DNA of 64,000 bases from Octopus sinensis (GCF_006345805.1 NC_043006.1:7440001-7504000); one strand, 5' to 3'. Positions 13,507-26,515 are shown, counted from the first letter of the stretch. The notes: a model not told the origin generated them from the letters alone. Numbers and translations: made by a program.

Positions 13507-14979
13507 CGTGTGTGTACACCTCCATGTGGACTAATCAAAATTTTGAATTCACTTAATACGTACGGATCAGATCACAGCCTAATGATGGTCTGAAATGTAC
13601 GTATTGAATGCATTCTAAATATGATTACTTGGTTCGACATCATTATTATACAGTAAACGACACAATCCTAGTACAAGCTCGCCAATCCTAAATCCTTTAA
13701 TACGAATAATATAACTAAGGTTTGGAGTGGAATTTTTCCTACATGGCTCAAGTCTTATAACGTGCATCACGGCTAAGCGTAACACGACACACGTGTGTTT
13801 ATGTATGTATGCAAATGTGTCTGTCTGTTTGTGTTTTTTCTGTCTGCCTGTCGGTCTGTATGAATGTACGCTTATAGTGCCGAAAATAGCCCTAGAATAC
13901 TAAGGATAGAGTAAAATAGAAAAGTTTTTGACGTTAACATTTTTCACAAAACGTTCTTTACTCCGAAATTTATATTATCACTCGTTATACAGAAATGAAA
14001 GTTTGGAACGATATAATAGTTTGAAGGGCCACAGAGAGAATCAATTGGCATGAGACCAAATGAAAAATGTCCGTCGTGTTTAAGTGAGAAGTACCTATCT
14101 TGTTTCTGGACAAAACAACTCTAATCCAAAAGTTTGAATTGATGAGTCTTTCGAGGCTTACCTTGAATTTTTTGCCTTCGAATTCTCTTCCTCCAATCTA
14201 ATAATATTGTTTTCTATTCTGTCCTCTCACCAAATGATTTTATCATCATTATTTTTCAGGAAATACTTCTCTTCTCAACCACAGCATTCGTTCCTCGTTC
14301 TATTTTTAAATATTAACTTTTAAAACTATTGATTTCTTCTTAATGAGGAATATTTTAAATTCCTCATTTCTATGCATTTTTGCACGTGCTCTCTTACCAT
14401 TTCAGATCAGGTTTTCTCCATTAATTTAGACCAATTATTTGTGTTATATACCATTAAAGAGGCCACGAATTGCTACAGAAACGAAAACACACACAGAAGT
14501 AGTCATGCGAGTGTACAAACAACTACACAGATGCACATACATGCGCGCGCATGCGAACGTACACACACAGTCTCTTTATTTACTCTTACCTTTCTTCTTC
14601 TTCTCTTAAGCATACGCTCATCTACAGGCGCATCTACAGACATGCATACATATAGACATAAGACCAATTCTCAGACGACTGACTCAGAGCCGTCCTAACA
14701 GACACTGGAGCGAAAGGGGAAGTCACTAAGTCATTGAAAATGTCGAGAATATCGACGAAAGAGCATTTACTAACAAACAAACGATTGATTGTGTAACTAA
14801 CGAGTGACTGTTTAACGATTGATAGTTTCACTACCACATTAAACAAACGATCGACTAGTTAGTTGTTTAGATACTTAACCAATTGACTAACAATAAATTA
14901 GTGGAACTGAACCTGAGCGTATGGTATTATTATTATTGGCGTAATGACTCCAAAGAAAGAACGCCATATAAACGTAAAC

Positions 14980-15025
<46 letters not shown>

Positions 15026-15072
15026 ATATGTATATATATATATATAAACATATGTATATATATATATATATA

Positions 15073-15583
15073 TATAATTTCAACAATTGAGGGTAAAATT
15101 AATTAGTTATTAATCAATTTCACCAAGTATTCAGTATGTAAAAGGACCATTTAAGGCGAATTCAAAATATTACATTATATAAAAGGGCTTAGTAAAATAA
15201 ATTACTTTGCCACATACTGAACTCATTAGAAATAGCAGCAAAAAAGGTTTTTTTAGCTATTTCTAATACTTAAAGAAAATTTCTCTCAGATAGTGTTTAC
15301 TCAGAATAACCCACGAAGGTATGGGGGTAAAAAAACATTAAAAAATCACAAGTGCAAAGATTATTTGAGAACGTTACGTTTCTAGATCAGCCAAATAAAA
15401 TTCGACATTTCTTTCGTCAGCCCAAAATTTCTTAATTTGGATTTGGAAACACTGAAAGTAGGAACATACCCTTTTGGCGACTTAACACCTCAGATGACCC
15501 GTTCAAACTGACAGTGCCAACAAATTCAAAATATGCAAGCGAAGAATTCCTAATTAATTTTACCCTCAATTGTTGAAATTATA
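15073..15583 (-). mobile_element. 511-bp element with perfect 34-bp terminal inverted repeats, internal hairpins and a hammerhead fold
   Basis: 15073-15106 TATAATTTCAACAATTGAGGGTAAAATTAATTAG is the exact reverse complement of 15550-15583; left end abuts (TA)n. Confidence 0.8.
15364..15426 (-). ncRNA. Candidate type I hammerhead ribozyme with canonical core
   Basis: Minus: TTTGGG-CTGACGA-A-AGA-AAT-GTCGAAT-TTT-ATTTGGC-TGA-TCT-A-GAAA-CG-TAA-CG-T-T-CTCAAA; stem I 6 bp, stem III 3 bp, GUU triplet; A.A mismatch at the base of stem II. Confidence 0.62.
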
Positions 15584-15854
15584 ATTCATTTCTCTCTGTT
15601 TATTGCCTCGGTTTTCACCGCTAAAATATGGTGTTTTGCTAGTTTAGCCCACGTGGTGGAAGGGGAGAGCAGGAATTCTTCAGAAGTCTTTTAAAAGTAT
15701 TTACTAACTTAACCATAGAGAATAGACAAAGCTCCACACTGTACTTTTGAAAACTTTCAGTAAGTGAAACCGGTTAAGATAATAAATACATTTAAAAGAC
15801 TCCTGCATATACTTTTGTTTATGTATATGTATATATATATATATATATATATAA

Positions 15855-15885
15855 TGTTTCTGACGAAGAGCTCCGCTCGAAAACG

Positions 15886-15886
<1 letters not shown>
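15855..15886 (+). ncRNA. Truncated hammerhead motif (core plus stem II) ending at the predicted cleavage position
   Basis: TGTTT-CTGACGA-A-GAGC-TCC-GCTC-GAAAACGT then (TA)n; one extra A. Confidence 0.4.
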
Positions 15887-15951
<65 letters not shown>

Positions 15952-16054
15952 AAGTTAATCCAAACATGAAAACAAAAAGCGAAAACACAACACCGCGAGG
16001 ACGTGGAACAAATATAGTATTATTGGACGCCCAGGAAGAAAAGGAAGAAGAAGG

Positions 16055-16091
16055 ATTAAACGTTTCGAGCGGAGCTCTTCGTCAGAAACAT
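16055..16091 (-). ncRNA. Candidate minimal hammerhead motif with palindromic ACGT stem III
   Basis: Minus: TGTTT-CTGACGA-A-GAGC-TCC-GCTC-GAA-ACGT-T-TAATCC; core and stem II intact, stem I poorly paired in this copy. Confidence 0.48.
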
Positions 16092-16093
16092 TA

Positions 16094-16138
<45 letters not shown>

Positions 16139-16194
16139 CATAAACAAAAGTATCTGCAGGAGTCTTTTAAACGTATATATATACATATATATAC

Positions 16195-16226
<32 letters not shown>

Positions 16227-16655
16227 GTGTATATGTATATATATATGTATGTATACGTGTATATGTGCTTGTATGTATGTATGTATGTATGTATGTATTT
16301 ATATATGCATCTATGCATATATAGGAAAAAGGGGTGTAAGAAAATAAAAACGAGAGAGAAAAGGCTTGAAGTAGAGAGGGAGAGAGGAATAGATGGGAAA
16401 CGGAAAAGAGAGGCAATAAAATGTTAATGTCATCTTCGGGTAAGAATCCTCAAAGGGTCTTAAATTTTAAGTAGTGAAAAGATACAGACATTCGTGAACA
16501 CGAACAGATAAAAGGGTCATGGCTTTGCATTTAGTAAAGCACATAGAGATGAACAAACAACCACAAACACCATATATATATTATATATATATAGTATTTA
16601 CCTACGCATAGTTCAATGTATAAATTTACATAGGACTGAAAACAAATACACATGT

Positions 16656-16692
<37 letters not shown>

Positions 16693-16837
16693 CACACACA
16701 CGCAGGCGCAGAAACAAACTAAAACACACATATATGAAAACATTTTTAGAAACAAACATTGAAGTGAGTTGACGTTTTTACAATAGCTGTGAAAACAGCT
16801 TTAGACAAACTAGTAAGAATACCCCTGTAGACATAAC

Positions 16838-16838
16838 A

Positions 16839-16909
<71 letters not shown>

Positions 16910-16927
16910 TTAGACAGACAGACAGAT

Positions 16928-16958
<31 letters not shown>

Positions 16959-17047
16959 TAGACAGACAGACAGACAGAGACAGACAGAGAAAGACAGAAA
17001 GAAAGAGAGTGAGAGAGAAAGAGAGAGAATGGGGAAGAAACTCAAAA

Positions 17048-17080
<33 letters not shown>

Positions 17081-17148
17081 TAGATAGATAGACAGACAGA
17101 TAGATAGACAAACAGACGAATAGACAAACAGACAGACAGACAGACAGT

Positions 17149-17216
<68 letters not shown>

Positions 17217-17277
17217 CAGGCAGAGAGACAGAGAAATAGATAGATAAATAGATAGATAGATAAATAGATAGATAGAC

Positions 17278-17317
<40 letters not shown>

Positions 17318-17415
17318 CGATAGATAGATAGATAGACAGACAGGCAGACAGACAGAGAAACAGATAGATAAATAGACAGACAGAAAGATAGATAGATAGA
17401 TAAATAGATAGATAA

Positions 17416-17449
<34 letters not shown>

Positions 17450-17450
17450 T

Positions 17451-17548
<98 letters not shown>
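16838..17548. repeat. (TATC)n followed by long (GACA/GATA)n microsatellite
   Basis: Direct inspection. Confidence 0.95.
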
Positions 17549-18057
17549 GCACAAAGGAGAGATAGCAAATGACAGATCTTCTCCGTTGTTAATTGATCTG
17601 CTAGGAATCATTTACATCTCACCTTACAACCTCAGAATAGCGATTGTAGTCTCAGACAGCCATAGAAAGATGGAATGATGAGGTTGATAAAGCCGTTAGT
17701 ATATGTCAGAGTTGGCCTGGTCCTTAACAGCAACAACTGATAGCAAAATAAGAAAGATAAATCTGATGTATATTATAACAAACAGGCTGAAATGTTAGTT
17801 CTCCATTTGTTCGATGATAGTGAATGTGCGGATACCAAATAATTAAAATAACTGTACCGATACGGACACTTTTGGTGGGAAAATACAACAATCATAATAA
17901 CGCTAAAGTCAGGTAAAAATCCGCTTATGCGGTTGCAAATAATCTTTAAAAAATAATCAAAAGCAAAGAACGGAACAGTAGAATAACCAGAAAACTTGTG
18001 ATAATGTGCATCAGTAAAGAATTAATATTTCAGAATGTATGTGAAGGCCTTAAACGG

Positions 18058-18447
18058 ATTGGATGGAAGCACTCCGTCGGCTACGACGACGAGGGTTCCG
18101 GTTGATCCGATCAATGGAACAGCCTGCTCGTGAAATTAACGTGTAAGTGGCTGAGCACTCCACAGACACGTGTACCCTTAACGTAGTTCTCGGGGACATT
18201 CAGCGTGACACAGAGAGTGAGAAGGCCGGCCCTTTGAAATACAGGTACAACAGAAACAGGAAGTAAGAGTGAGAGAAAGTTGTGGTGAAAGAGTACAGCA
18301 GGGATCACCACCATCCCCTGCCGGAGCCTCGTGGAGCTTTAGGTGTTTTCGCTCAATAAACACTCACAACGCCCGGTCTGGGAATCGAAACCGCGATCCT
18401 ACGACCGCGAGCCCGCTGCCCTAACCACTGGGCCATTGCGCCTCCAC
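18058..18447 (-). mobile_element. SINE family C, full length, 10-bp TSD
   Basis: TSD CCTTAAACGG at 18048-18057 and 18448-18457. Confidence 0.93.
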
Positions 18448-18738
18448 CCTTAAACGGTTTATGTTACTCAACACTATAAGCTTGTGGAATGAGAAATTAT
18501 TTTGCAGAATTCGTCACAATGGAATACAATTTAATTATGCGTTGAACTATTTCGGTATCTCTATTATCCCGGGGCATTTCAACTTTATTACTAAAGATAT
18601 TTCTTCTTAATTCAAGGTTTGAAGTTAAATATCATTAAGGTCGAAATATTGTGATTTTACCATTTTACATGATCAAACAACCACATAGAATTTCTCGGAT
18701 GGAATTGGTCTTGTAAGCTGATGATGGTCGATTCATTC

Positions 18739-18845
<107 letters not shown>

Positions 18846-20087
18846 TGTCTGTGTCTGTGTTAATCAGGAGAGAAGGCAGCGGTCATGACCTGTGACAAGG
18901 TCTCCGCAACTTCTGGCACTGAGAGAGCTAACACGGTAACCACACACCGAATACCTTTTCTGAATGCTTACAACTGTGTTGCCCCCGCAAAGGTGCTGGA
19001 TGATAGTGGTAAACAGGACAGCGTTTTAAGTTTACTCCCTCAGGCCATGTCGGCATTGTACTCAACGCAAACCACTTTGTATTATGGTCTAATAGTTTCG
19101 CCAATTCGCTATCTTTTATTGGTACTTATTTAATTTGAACTCAAAGCACTTCTAAGCACATAAACTGTGTAAAACCTTTTTCACAGATTGTAGCTTTTGC
19201 TAACCCTCTCTTGGTGAAATGCCAATATTAGACATATTGACACCGGTGAGATAAGTAACACATCTGCTGTCTATATCTGAAATTATTATATTTTTGAAGT
19301 CTTTCAACAGATCTGAAATCTATAAAATGTTTCATTTTTCTGAATGATAACCTGCCCCAGAGAAAAATATAAAAAATATGTTTATATATTTAACAAAATA
19401 ATTTCTTTCGTATATTACGCAAAATTATACACTTAATGAATATATGTTTTCAACCATTTGACGTATATTCTTATACTAATTTCGCCGCAGGATAAACGCT
19501 TTTCAAACAGAGATGATGGGTATTTAAAAGAAATACAACCTAAAAAAAATCATGGTGAAAGTCTGCGACGACAAGTTAGATTATATCTTTTAGGTATACA
19601 AAGTAGAAAATATGGATTGATAATTACAAATCGATAAATATTATGATGCTAGATCGAACAACAATGCAACATTCAGACTAGTATTTCATACATTGTTAAG
19701 AAAATAAAATGTAGAAGGAAAAGAATTGAAGCAAATATATTTCGTTTTATAAAATAGTCGGAAATATTGAGATATAATACCACGGTAGGAAAAATATATG
19801 CAGCAGACGTAAACTTCAAATATATTCATAATACAAAGAATAAAACTTTCAAACATCCCATTTTATTTCTACCAACATTGATAAATGTCCATGAGAAAAC
19901 TTTTCTGTCTTTGAAAACCAATCATTTATCACTCAATTGATGAAAGAAACTAGCATCGATTTTTTTTTCTTCTCTCTCACTCTGTCTCATTGTCTACCAC
20001 ACACTTTAATTTTCATTTTTCCACTCTCTGTTACCCAGCATACACTCACTCACACTCACAGACAGACACACAAACACAGACACACAC

Positions 20088-20135
<48 letters not shown>

Positions 20136-20144
20136 TATATATAT

Positions 20145-20546
20145 AAGGCGCAGGAGTAGCTGTGTGGTAAGTAGCTTGCTTACCAACCACATGGTTCCGG
20201 GTTCAGTCCCACTGCGTAGCACCTTGGGCAAGTGTCTTCTACTATAGCCTCGGGCCGACCAAAGCCTTGTGAGTGGATTTGGTAGACGCAAACTGAAAGA
20301 AACCCGTCGTATATATGTATATATATATGTACGTGCGTGTATGTTTGTGTGTCTATGTTTGTCCCCCTAGCATTGCTTGACAACCGATGCTGGTGTGTTT
20401 ACGTCCCCGTCACTTAGCGGTCCGGCAAAAGAGACCGATAGAATAAGTACTGGGCTTACAAAGAATAAGTCCCGGGGTCGAGTTGCTCGACTAAGGGCGG
20501 TGCTCCAGCATGGCCGCAGTAAACAAGTAAAAAAGAGTAAAAGAGT
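20145..20546 (+). mobile_element. SINE family A in (TA)n
   Basis: Homology to other family A copies; GAGTAAAA tail repeats. Confidence 0.9.
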
Positions 20547-20628
20547 ATATATATATATATATATATATATATCGTATATACATACGTGTTTGTATGTATG
20601 TTTATGTATATATACGTATTGTTGTTGT

Positions 20629-21060
20629 GACCCCCGTCAGTCATTAATGACCATGGGGTTGCACCTAGAAAGTTACCCTCCGAGGCGCAAGCCTGGGCAA
20701 GGTTGTTTATGGAAGACCAGCAGTCGCCCACGCATACCAGCGTCCCCTCTCCACGCCACCGATGTTATTCAAGGGAAAGGCAAAGGCCGATACAGCTTGG
20801 CGCCATTGACGTCGCAACTCATTTATTAACGTGCAAATGGCTGAGCACTCCACAGACACGTATACCCTTAACGTAGTTCTCGGGGAGATTCAGCGTGACA
20901 GAGTGTGACAAAGCTGACCCTTTGAAATACAGGTACAACAGAAACAGGAAGTGTGAGAGAAAGTTGTGGTGAAAGGGTACAGCAGGATTCACTGCCACAC
21001 TCTGAGAAGTGTTTTCGCTCAATAAACACTCACTACCTACAACTGGGCCATTGCGCCTCC
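20629..21060 (-). mobile_element. Chimeric SINE: family C 5' half (deleted head) fused to family D 3' half
   Basis: 21060-20826 matches family C; 20825-20629 matches 13225-13418. Confidence 0.8.
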
Positions 21061-21070
21061 ACGTATATAC

Positions 21071-21118
<48 letters not shown>

Positions 21119-21130
21119 TATATATATATA

Positions 21131-21273
21131 CTTTATTTAAAACCAGCAGAAATTCTACAAAACCTGTTGCTCTGAGTTTCACGTTCCCGTTCGTCGAAAA
21201 AACTGTTCGACGAACGGGAACGTGAAACTCCGAGTTACAAGTTTTGTTGAATTTCTGCTGCTTTTAAATAAAG
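21131..21273. repeat. 143-bp fold-back palindrome (25-bp perfect core stem) with hammerhead-like arms
   Basis: 21174-21198 is the exact reverse complement of 21206-21230; outer arms pair imperfectly to 21131/21273. Confidence 0.9.
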
Positions 21274-21342
21274 CATATTACTCTACCCCTGGTATTTGAG
21301 TACTCTTTTTTCCATCTTGTTTCACATTTATGTGTTTACTCC

Positions 21343-21407
<65 letters not shown>

Positions 21408-21789
21408 ACATACGTACACACACACACACGCACATATGTAACTGTCCTGATACTGATAGCTTTGTAATCCAGTACGATCTTCTAATGATCGTGTGGTCTG
21501 GAACTAAACCGGCAACTACTGGTCTTGCTCAGTAGAGAAGTCAAGTGTCCATTCAATAAGATACACGACATAACTTGTCGAAATTGGATAAGGTGAGTAA
21601 TTGCCAACAGTACTCGTAATTCTAGGGAAGAGACGCACGCCTTGTGAAACACTTGAATAACTATTACACCTATAATTATATCTATACCAGATCGCTTGGG
21701 GCCTGAGTAATTATCGGCAGCGTCTGTACTGTAATGCATGAGAATGGATTGAAGACATTTTACTGCTGCGCAAAGTAAAACATCTTAAA

Positions 21790-23050
21790 CTTCAGCAAAG
21801 AGGAAGATAACACTTGAAATTTGGAACATCAGAACTCTGCGAATGAAGAGACAAAATGCAAGAACTGAAATACCAGGAGGAGAGATATAATCGAAACAAT
21901 ATTGGTCCTATGGAAATGTGATGGAAAAAATATCGACAGTGGATACATCTTCTACTAAGGAACACAAAAAAACAGGCTTAAGTTTTTGTACTGTAGCTGC
22001 ATAAATTCACAATGAACATGGTCTAAGATCTTTAGGTTGTGAACATCCGCAGCAGATGAACTGGAAGAAATGCCACATCGTAAATATGAAAATTATGCAA
22101 GTATATTCCTTCAGTTTTGAAGTATAATCGAGACAGTGAAGCCGAGATATTCTATGACAAGTTTGACCAAGTGTAAGGAGAATTTGAAGGATAGAAATAA
22201 AAGTAATCATAGGAGACCCGACCGCAATACTTGTCACTAAATCCAATTTGCTAGGCAAGGAGTGTTGATACGTCTTGGCTTGATACAACCATTGATCGAG
22301 GACAGAAGTTACCGGAATTGTCAAATCGGTAAAAGTAATGGCAGAAAACAAAATACACAAAGAATATACAGATCCAGATAGTATCAGAAAATAGTAGATT
22401 GATTATATTTTGAACGACAATCGTGGTGCATCATTCATTATTGGAAATAAAACTAGCTTTCCAGATGCACATATCGACAGTGACCATAGTCATAAAGATG
22501 AAATTGAAGCATATTGCTAAGATAAAGATAATAAGAAAGATAATGATGGCGAAGCACAAAACTGATCATTTAAAAATTGCTGTAAATCAAGAAATAATTT
22601 ATCGCAGAAATTACAGATCGGTTCGCACCGCTATTGGAGAGGAAGATACAATTATTGAAGAACTAACGCAAACGTTCACACAGAATCTAATAAAACTGCC
22701 AATACAGTTGTAAGCAATGCATTGATGAAGAGAGAGTCCTGAATGATGAACCACAGTTTAAACAGGAGGGACGAAAGAATTGCTCTAAAGTTCCAGAAGA
22801 ATTCGAATGATAAAGATATCAAAAAATATGCAGCTACAAATATTGAATTCTTAAAATAAAAGTAAGTGGCTAAGAAGAATTTCATACAAATTAATGCAAA
22901 TTAATGACCTGTATGTGGAGATTAAGAAATAATACGAGAAAAAGTATTCAACGATTGCTTGTATAGACAAACGTGGCAATGTGTTTTTTGGCAGGAAACA
23001 ATATTGAGAAAAAGCAGAAAAAAATGAAGGAACTATTCAATTAACCTTTT
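21790..23050 (+). pseudogene. Decayed RTE-clade LINE, apurinic endonuclease region
   Basis: Remnant motifs IWNIRTL, MKIMQVY, EIFYD, IKVIIGD, IDYIL, SFPDAHIDSDH; many stops and frameshifts. Confidence 0.72.
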
Positions 23051-23565
23051 AAAGCGAATTCGACCAATCTTTACAACTCGAAGCAAGAAAGGCCGGTGAA
23101 TGCAAAATAAGAATTTAATAAATCATTCAAGAGTATGAAATGGTATACCGAGAAAAATTTAGTGGCTGTTCAAGTTAAATATATAACGCATTTGTCGTCT
23201 TTAAAAATATATTTGATATAATATCAATTGAAGCAGTTGTAGTATCACGAAGAATTATATCTCGGTGCATCCAATTGTAAGACTGCAAAACAATGAGAAA
23301 TATCATTGTGGAATTCTGAACATAGAAACAGAGAAATGGTTATAGAGTCAGGCCGATATTTCTATTATCACTGAGTCATGTCAATCTATAGTTTGTCCAA
23401 ATAATGGCATATTCGCAAGAGGATTTTGAGAATACAGGTCGATCCAGTGTTAACTTGTTAGCTTGTTTACAAGGTAAATTATTTGATAGCATAAGAATAT
23501 TACATAGTAATTATGATATAATGAAAACAAGTGTGAAAAAAAGGCGGTTTAAGTTGATAGAAGAA

Positions 23566-23720
23566 CTATTCGTCTGCCGTTACGTTCTGAGCTCAAATTC
23601 CGACGAGGTCGACTTTGCCTTTCATCCTTTCGCACTGGGATCGATGTAATCGACTTAATCCCTTTGTCTGTCCTTGTTTGTCCCCTCTATGTTTAGCCCC
23701 TTGTGGGCAGTAAAGAAATA
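23566..23720 (+). mobile_element. SINE family B, headless and internally deleted monomer
   Basis: GTCGACTTTGCCTTTCATCCTTTCG...TGTGGGCAGTAAAGAAATA matches 39566-39796. Confidence 0.85.
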
Positions 23721-25138
23721 TATATATTACAAACACAAGCTTTTCTTCTCATTGAATCTACCTCGCTTTCATTCTATCCTGTTTTTCTTTCCTCATCCTT
23801 CACCTCTTACGACCCCTTTAGTGATAAATATCGAAGGCAGTAGTTTTACAGTTTCGCCTATATCTGTGTGTGTGCTCGCACGCACCCAATCATGTATGTG
23901 TGCGTATATATGCGTGCATGTGCGTTTATTTGTGTGTACCTTGTGTGTATCTATGTATTTATGTAAGTGTGTGTTTTCATACTGAACCTGTATTCACCGG
24001 CTGAATTCTGTAATTTATATGTAAAATAGATTCTTTTTTACAAGCCTCAAAATAATTATATGATAGATTAACATTTTTACAGCAAAAATAAAATATTCCT
24101 AAGAATAACTGATGCTGTACTTGTTTGAAGGAAACAAAACTTAGCTCTCATTTTATATTTCTAAATATAATATAAAACAGAAATTCTGTAACACGTTTCT
24201 GCTATTTCTGTTCCATTTCTATTACGTTACCCTACATTACCATAGAGTTTTCTCCGCGAAATTAGCTGCCAAATAACATGTTGTGTTTGCCCAACATGTA
24301 TTTGGCAGGAAAGAAGCCGATGAGTCACATGAGGATTGCTATCAATTATACTTTTAAGACATTGGCACAAACTTTGTCCAATTAAAATATATAAATGAAC
24401 TGAAGATTTCAGCAGGAGTTCTTCTATTCAGATAGATGCGTCTATTTCCTGATGCGCTGTCATCCATTAAGCAAAATCGACGCATGGTAATTAGATGGAA
24501 GTAAAAAAAAAAAGTATATAAACTAAAATTGAGATATAAGATTAAATATAATTTCATTGGTCAACTTTAGTAAAAACGTCGTAACGGGAAATGTGTTGTC
24601 AATGACTTATCTGCAATTGTCTCTGTTGGTCTAATGAAGCACGGGAAGAGTCTCTTCGTTGCCGATCGTCTCGCTAGAAATAACAGCTAGATCTTGAAAT
24701 GAAGCCGTTTTAAATTCTGTCGAACACATTAGATAATGAGGTCCTATCTTTACACACACACGTACATACGGACACAAATATACACACACACACACTCTAT
24801 CTCTTACTCACACACACATATGCACACGCACACAGACACATGCATGCACGCACAAACACATGCACACACACACATATTACGGAACTGCTAGGGTGATCAT
24901 TAGAGATGCCTTATTTATTTACAAATCTAATTGTTATCAGTCCCTATGTATTTTCAACTAGTATTTTACGTATGAATTCTCTTATATCTTTTATGGCTAT
25001 CCAGAACATTGCTAATATTCGAGGCTACCATATGACAAATTCAGCGCTTATCTATCTTTGCTAGCTATTCCCATCTTTCCTTTTACGAAAATATTTTGTA
25101 ATAACTCCCATACTACGATTAAAATTCTCCCTTCCTTT

Positions 25139-25302
25139 GGGTGGCTGTGTGGTAAGAAGCTTTCTTACCAACCACATAGTTCTGGGTTCAGCCCCACTGC
25201 GTGGCACCTTGTGCAAGTGTCTTCTACTATAGCTTCGAGCCGACCAAAGCCTTGTGAGTGGATTTTGTAGACGCAAACTGAAAGAAGCCCGTCGTATATA
25301 TG
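25139..25302 (+). mobile_element. SINE family A, 5' half (3' half probably at 27168-27378)
   Basis: Head through GCCCGTCGTATATATG, then (TA)n. Confidence 0.85.
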
Positions 25303-25326
25303 TATATTATATATATATATATATAA

Positions 25327-25371
<45 letters not shown>

Positions 25372-25374
<3 letters not shown>

Positions 25375-25780
25375 TATTATAAAAGGCAGATTTTATCTGC
25401 CTCCCTTTGGAGTTATACAAATCTACAATATAGGATTTCTTCAATTACAATTTACCTAGCATTTTTGAGAGTACAATGCATCGCGTCATGCCAGGTCCAG
25501 TTTTTAAAATTTAAACTCCAATTAAGCAAAATTTACAGAAAACTCACATTCTGGTGTGTGTGTCAAATGCTTTTCTTAGTCTGGTTTACACCACACGCAA
25601 ACGCACACACACAGTGGGCAACGAATAAAATGAAAGTAAATAGCGACAGAGTGATTTGAGGAAGACTAAAGTGAAAGTATTCTGTCTATGACGCTGATAG
25701 ATACATGAGTAAAATGTATGGGAAGCTAAGAGCTAAGAGTGAGTGAAAATGTTCTTAGAAGAGAGTAATTAGTAATAAAG
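25372..25780 (+). mobile_element. Possible 5' fragment of a second Helitron-like element
   Basis: Begins A|TCTTATTATAAAAG with AGGCAGA-TTTTA-TCTGCCT hairpin; no CTAG 3' end found. Confidence 0.3.
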
Positions 25781-26144
25781 TAAACATACACTCATACATA
25801 CATACATACATACATACATACATACATACATACATACACACACACATACACACACACATACATACACACACATACATACATACACACATACATACATACA
25901 TACATATACATACATGCATACATATACATACATACATACACACACACACATACACACACACACAGTATTGAAGCTTGAGAACAATCAGATACATTTGCAA
26001 CACATCTGTTGAAAATATTATTGTTCACACACATACATATACATATATACATACAGACAGACAGACAGATAGACACACACACACACACACACACATGATC
26101 CAGCATGGCCACAACCTCAAGGCTGAAACATATAAAAGAATAAC

Positions 26145-26515
26145 AGAATATAAATGTGTGCAAAGTACAAGAAATATTAATGCAGTATATGGAGATTGGA
26201 CAATAAGCGTAAGGCAGTGTCAATGGTGGTTCCAGAAATCCCGAGCCATAAACTACAGCCTAGAAGACGAGCCTCATCCTGAAAGATCTGTAGAACTCGA
26301 CAAGGACATCCTGAAAACCCTGGTGGAACAAAATATCATCGTAACTGTTGAGGAACTAGCAGAGAAGCTTGGATTTGGTCATTCAACCATTCATTGACAC
26401 CTGTGTGCTATCGGAAAAGTCAGCAAATTGGGTCAATGGGTTCCTCACGAACTTTCCGAGTCTAATTGCATGCAGAGAGTGAACGTATGCTTTTCTTTGC
26501 TGTCATATCTCACCA
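26145..26515 (+). pseudogene. Mariner (Hsmar1/SETMAR-like) transposase N-terminal fragment
   Basis: RNINAVYG..ISVRQCQWWFQK..SLEDEPH...TVEELAEKLGFGHSTIH*HL..IGKVSKLGQWVPHEL (HTH plus WVPHEL motif). Confidence 0.88.

Larger units (their letters stand above)
15791..16171. mobile_element. Tail-to-tail inverted pair of a hammerhead-bearing repeat separated by (TA)n and spacer
   Basis: 15791-15886 is the reverse complement of 16062-16171 apart from TA-tract length and 1-2 bases. Confidence 0.8.

Noticed and set aside
15730-15785. Hairpin plus GAAACCGGTT resembling the 3' half of a hammerhead
   Set aside because: CUGANGA core absent; at most a decayed relic
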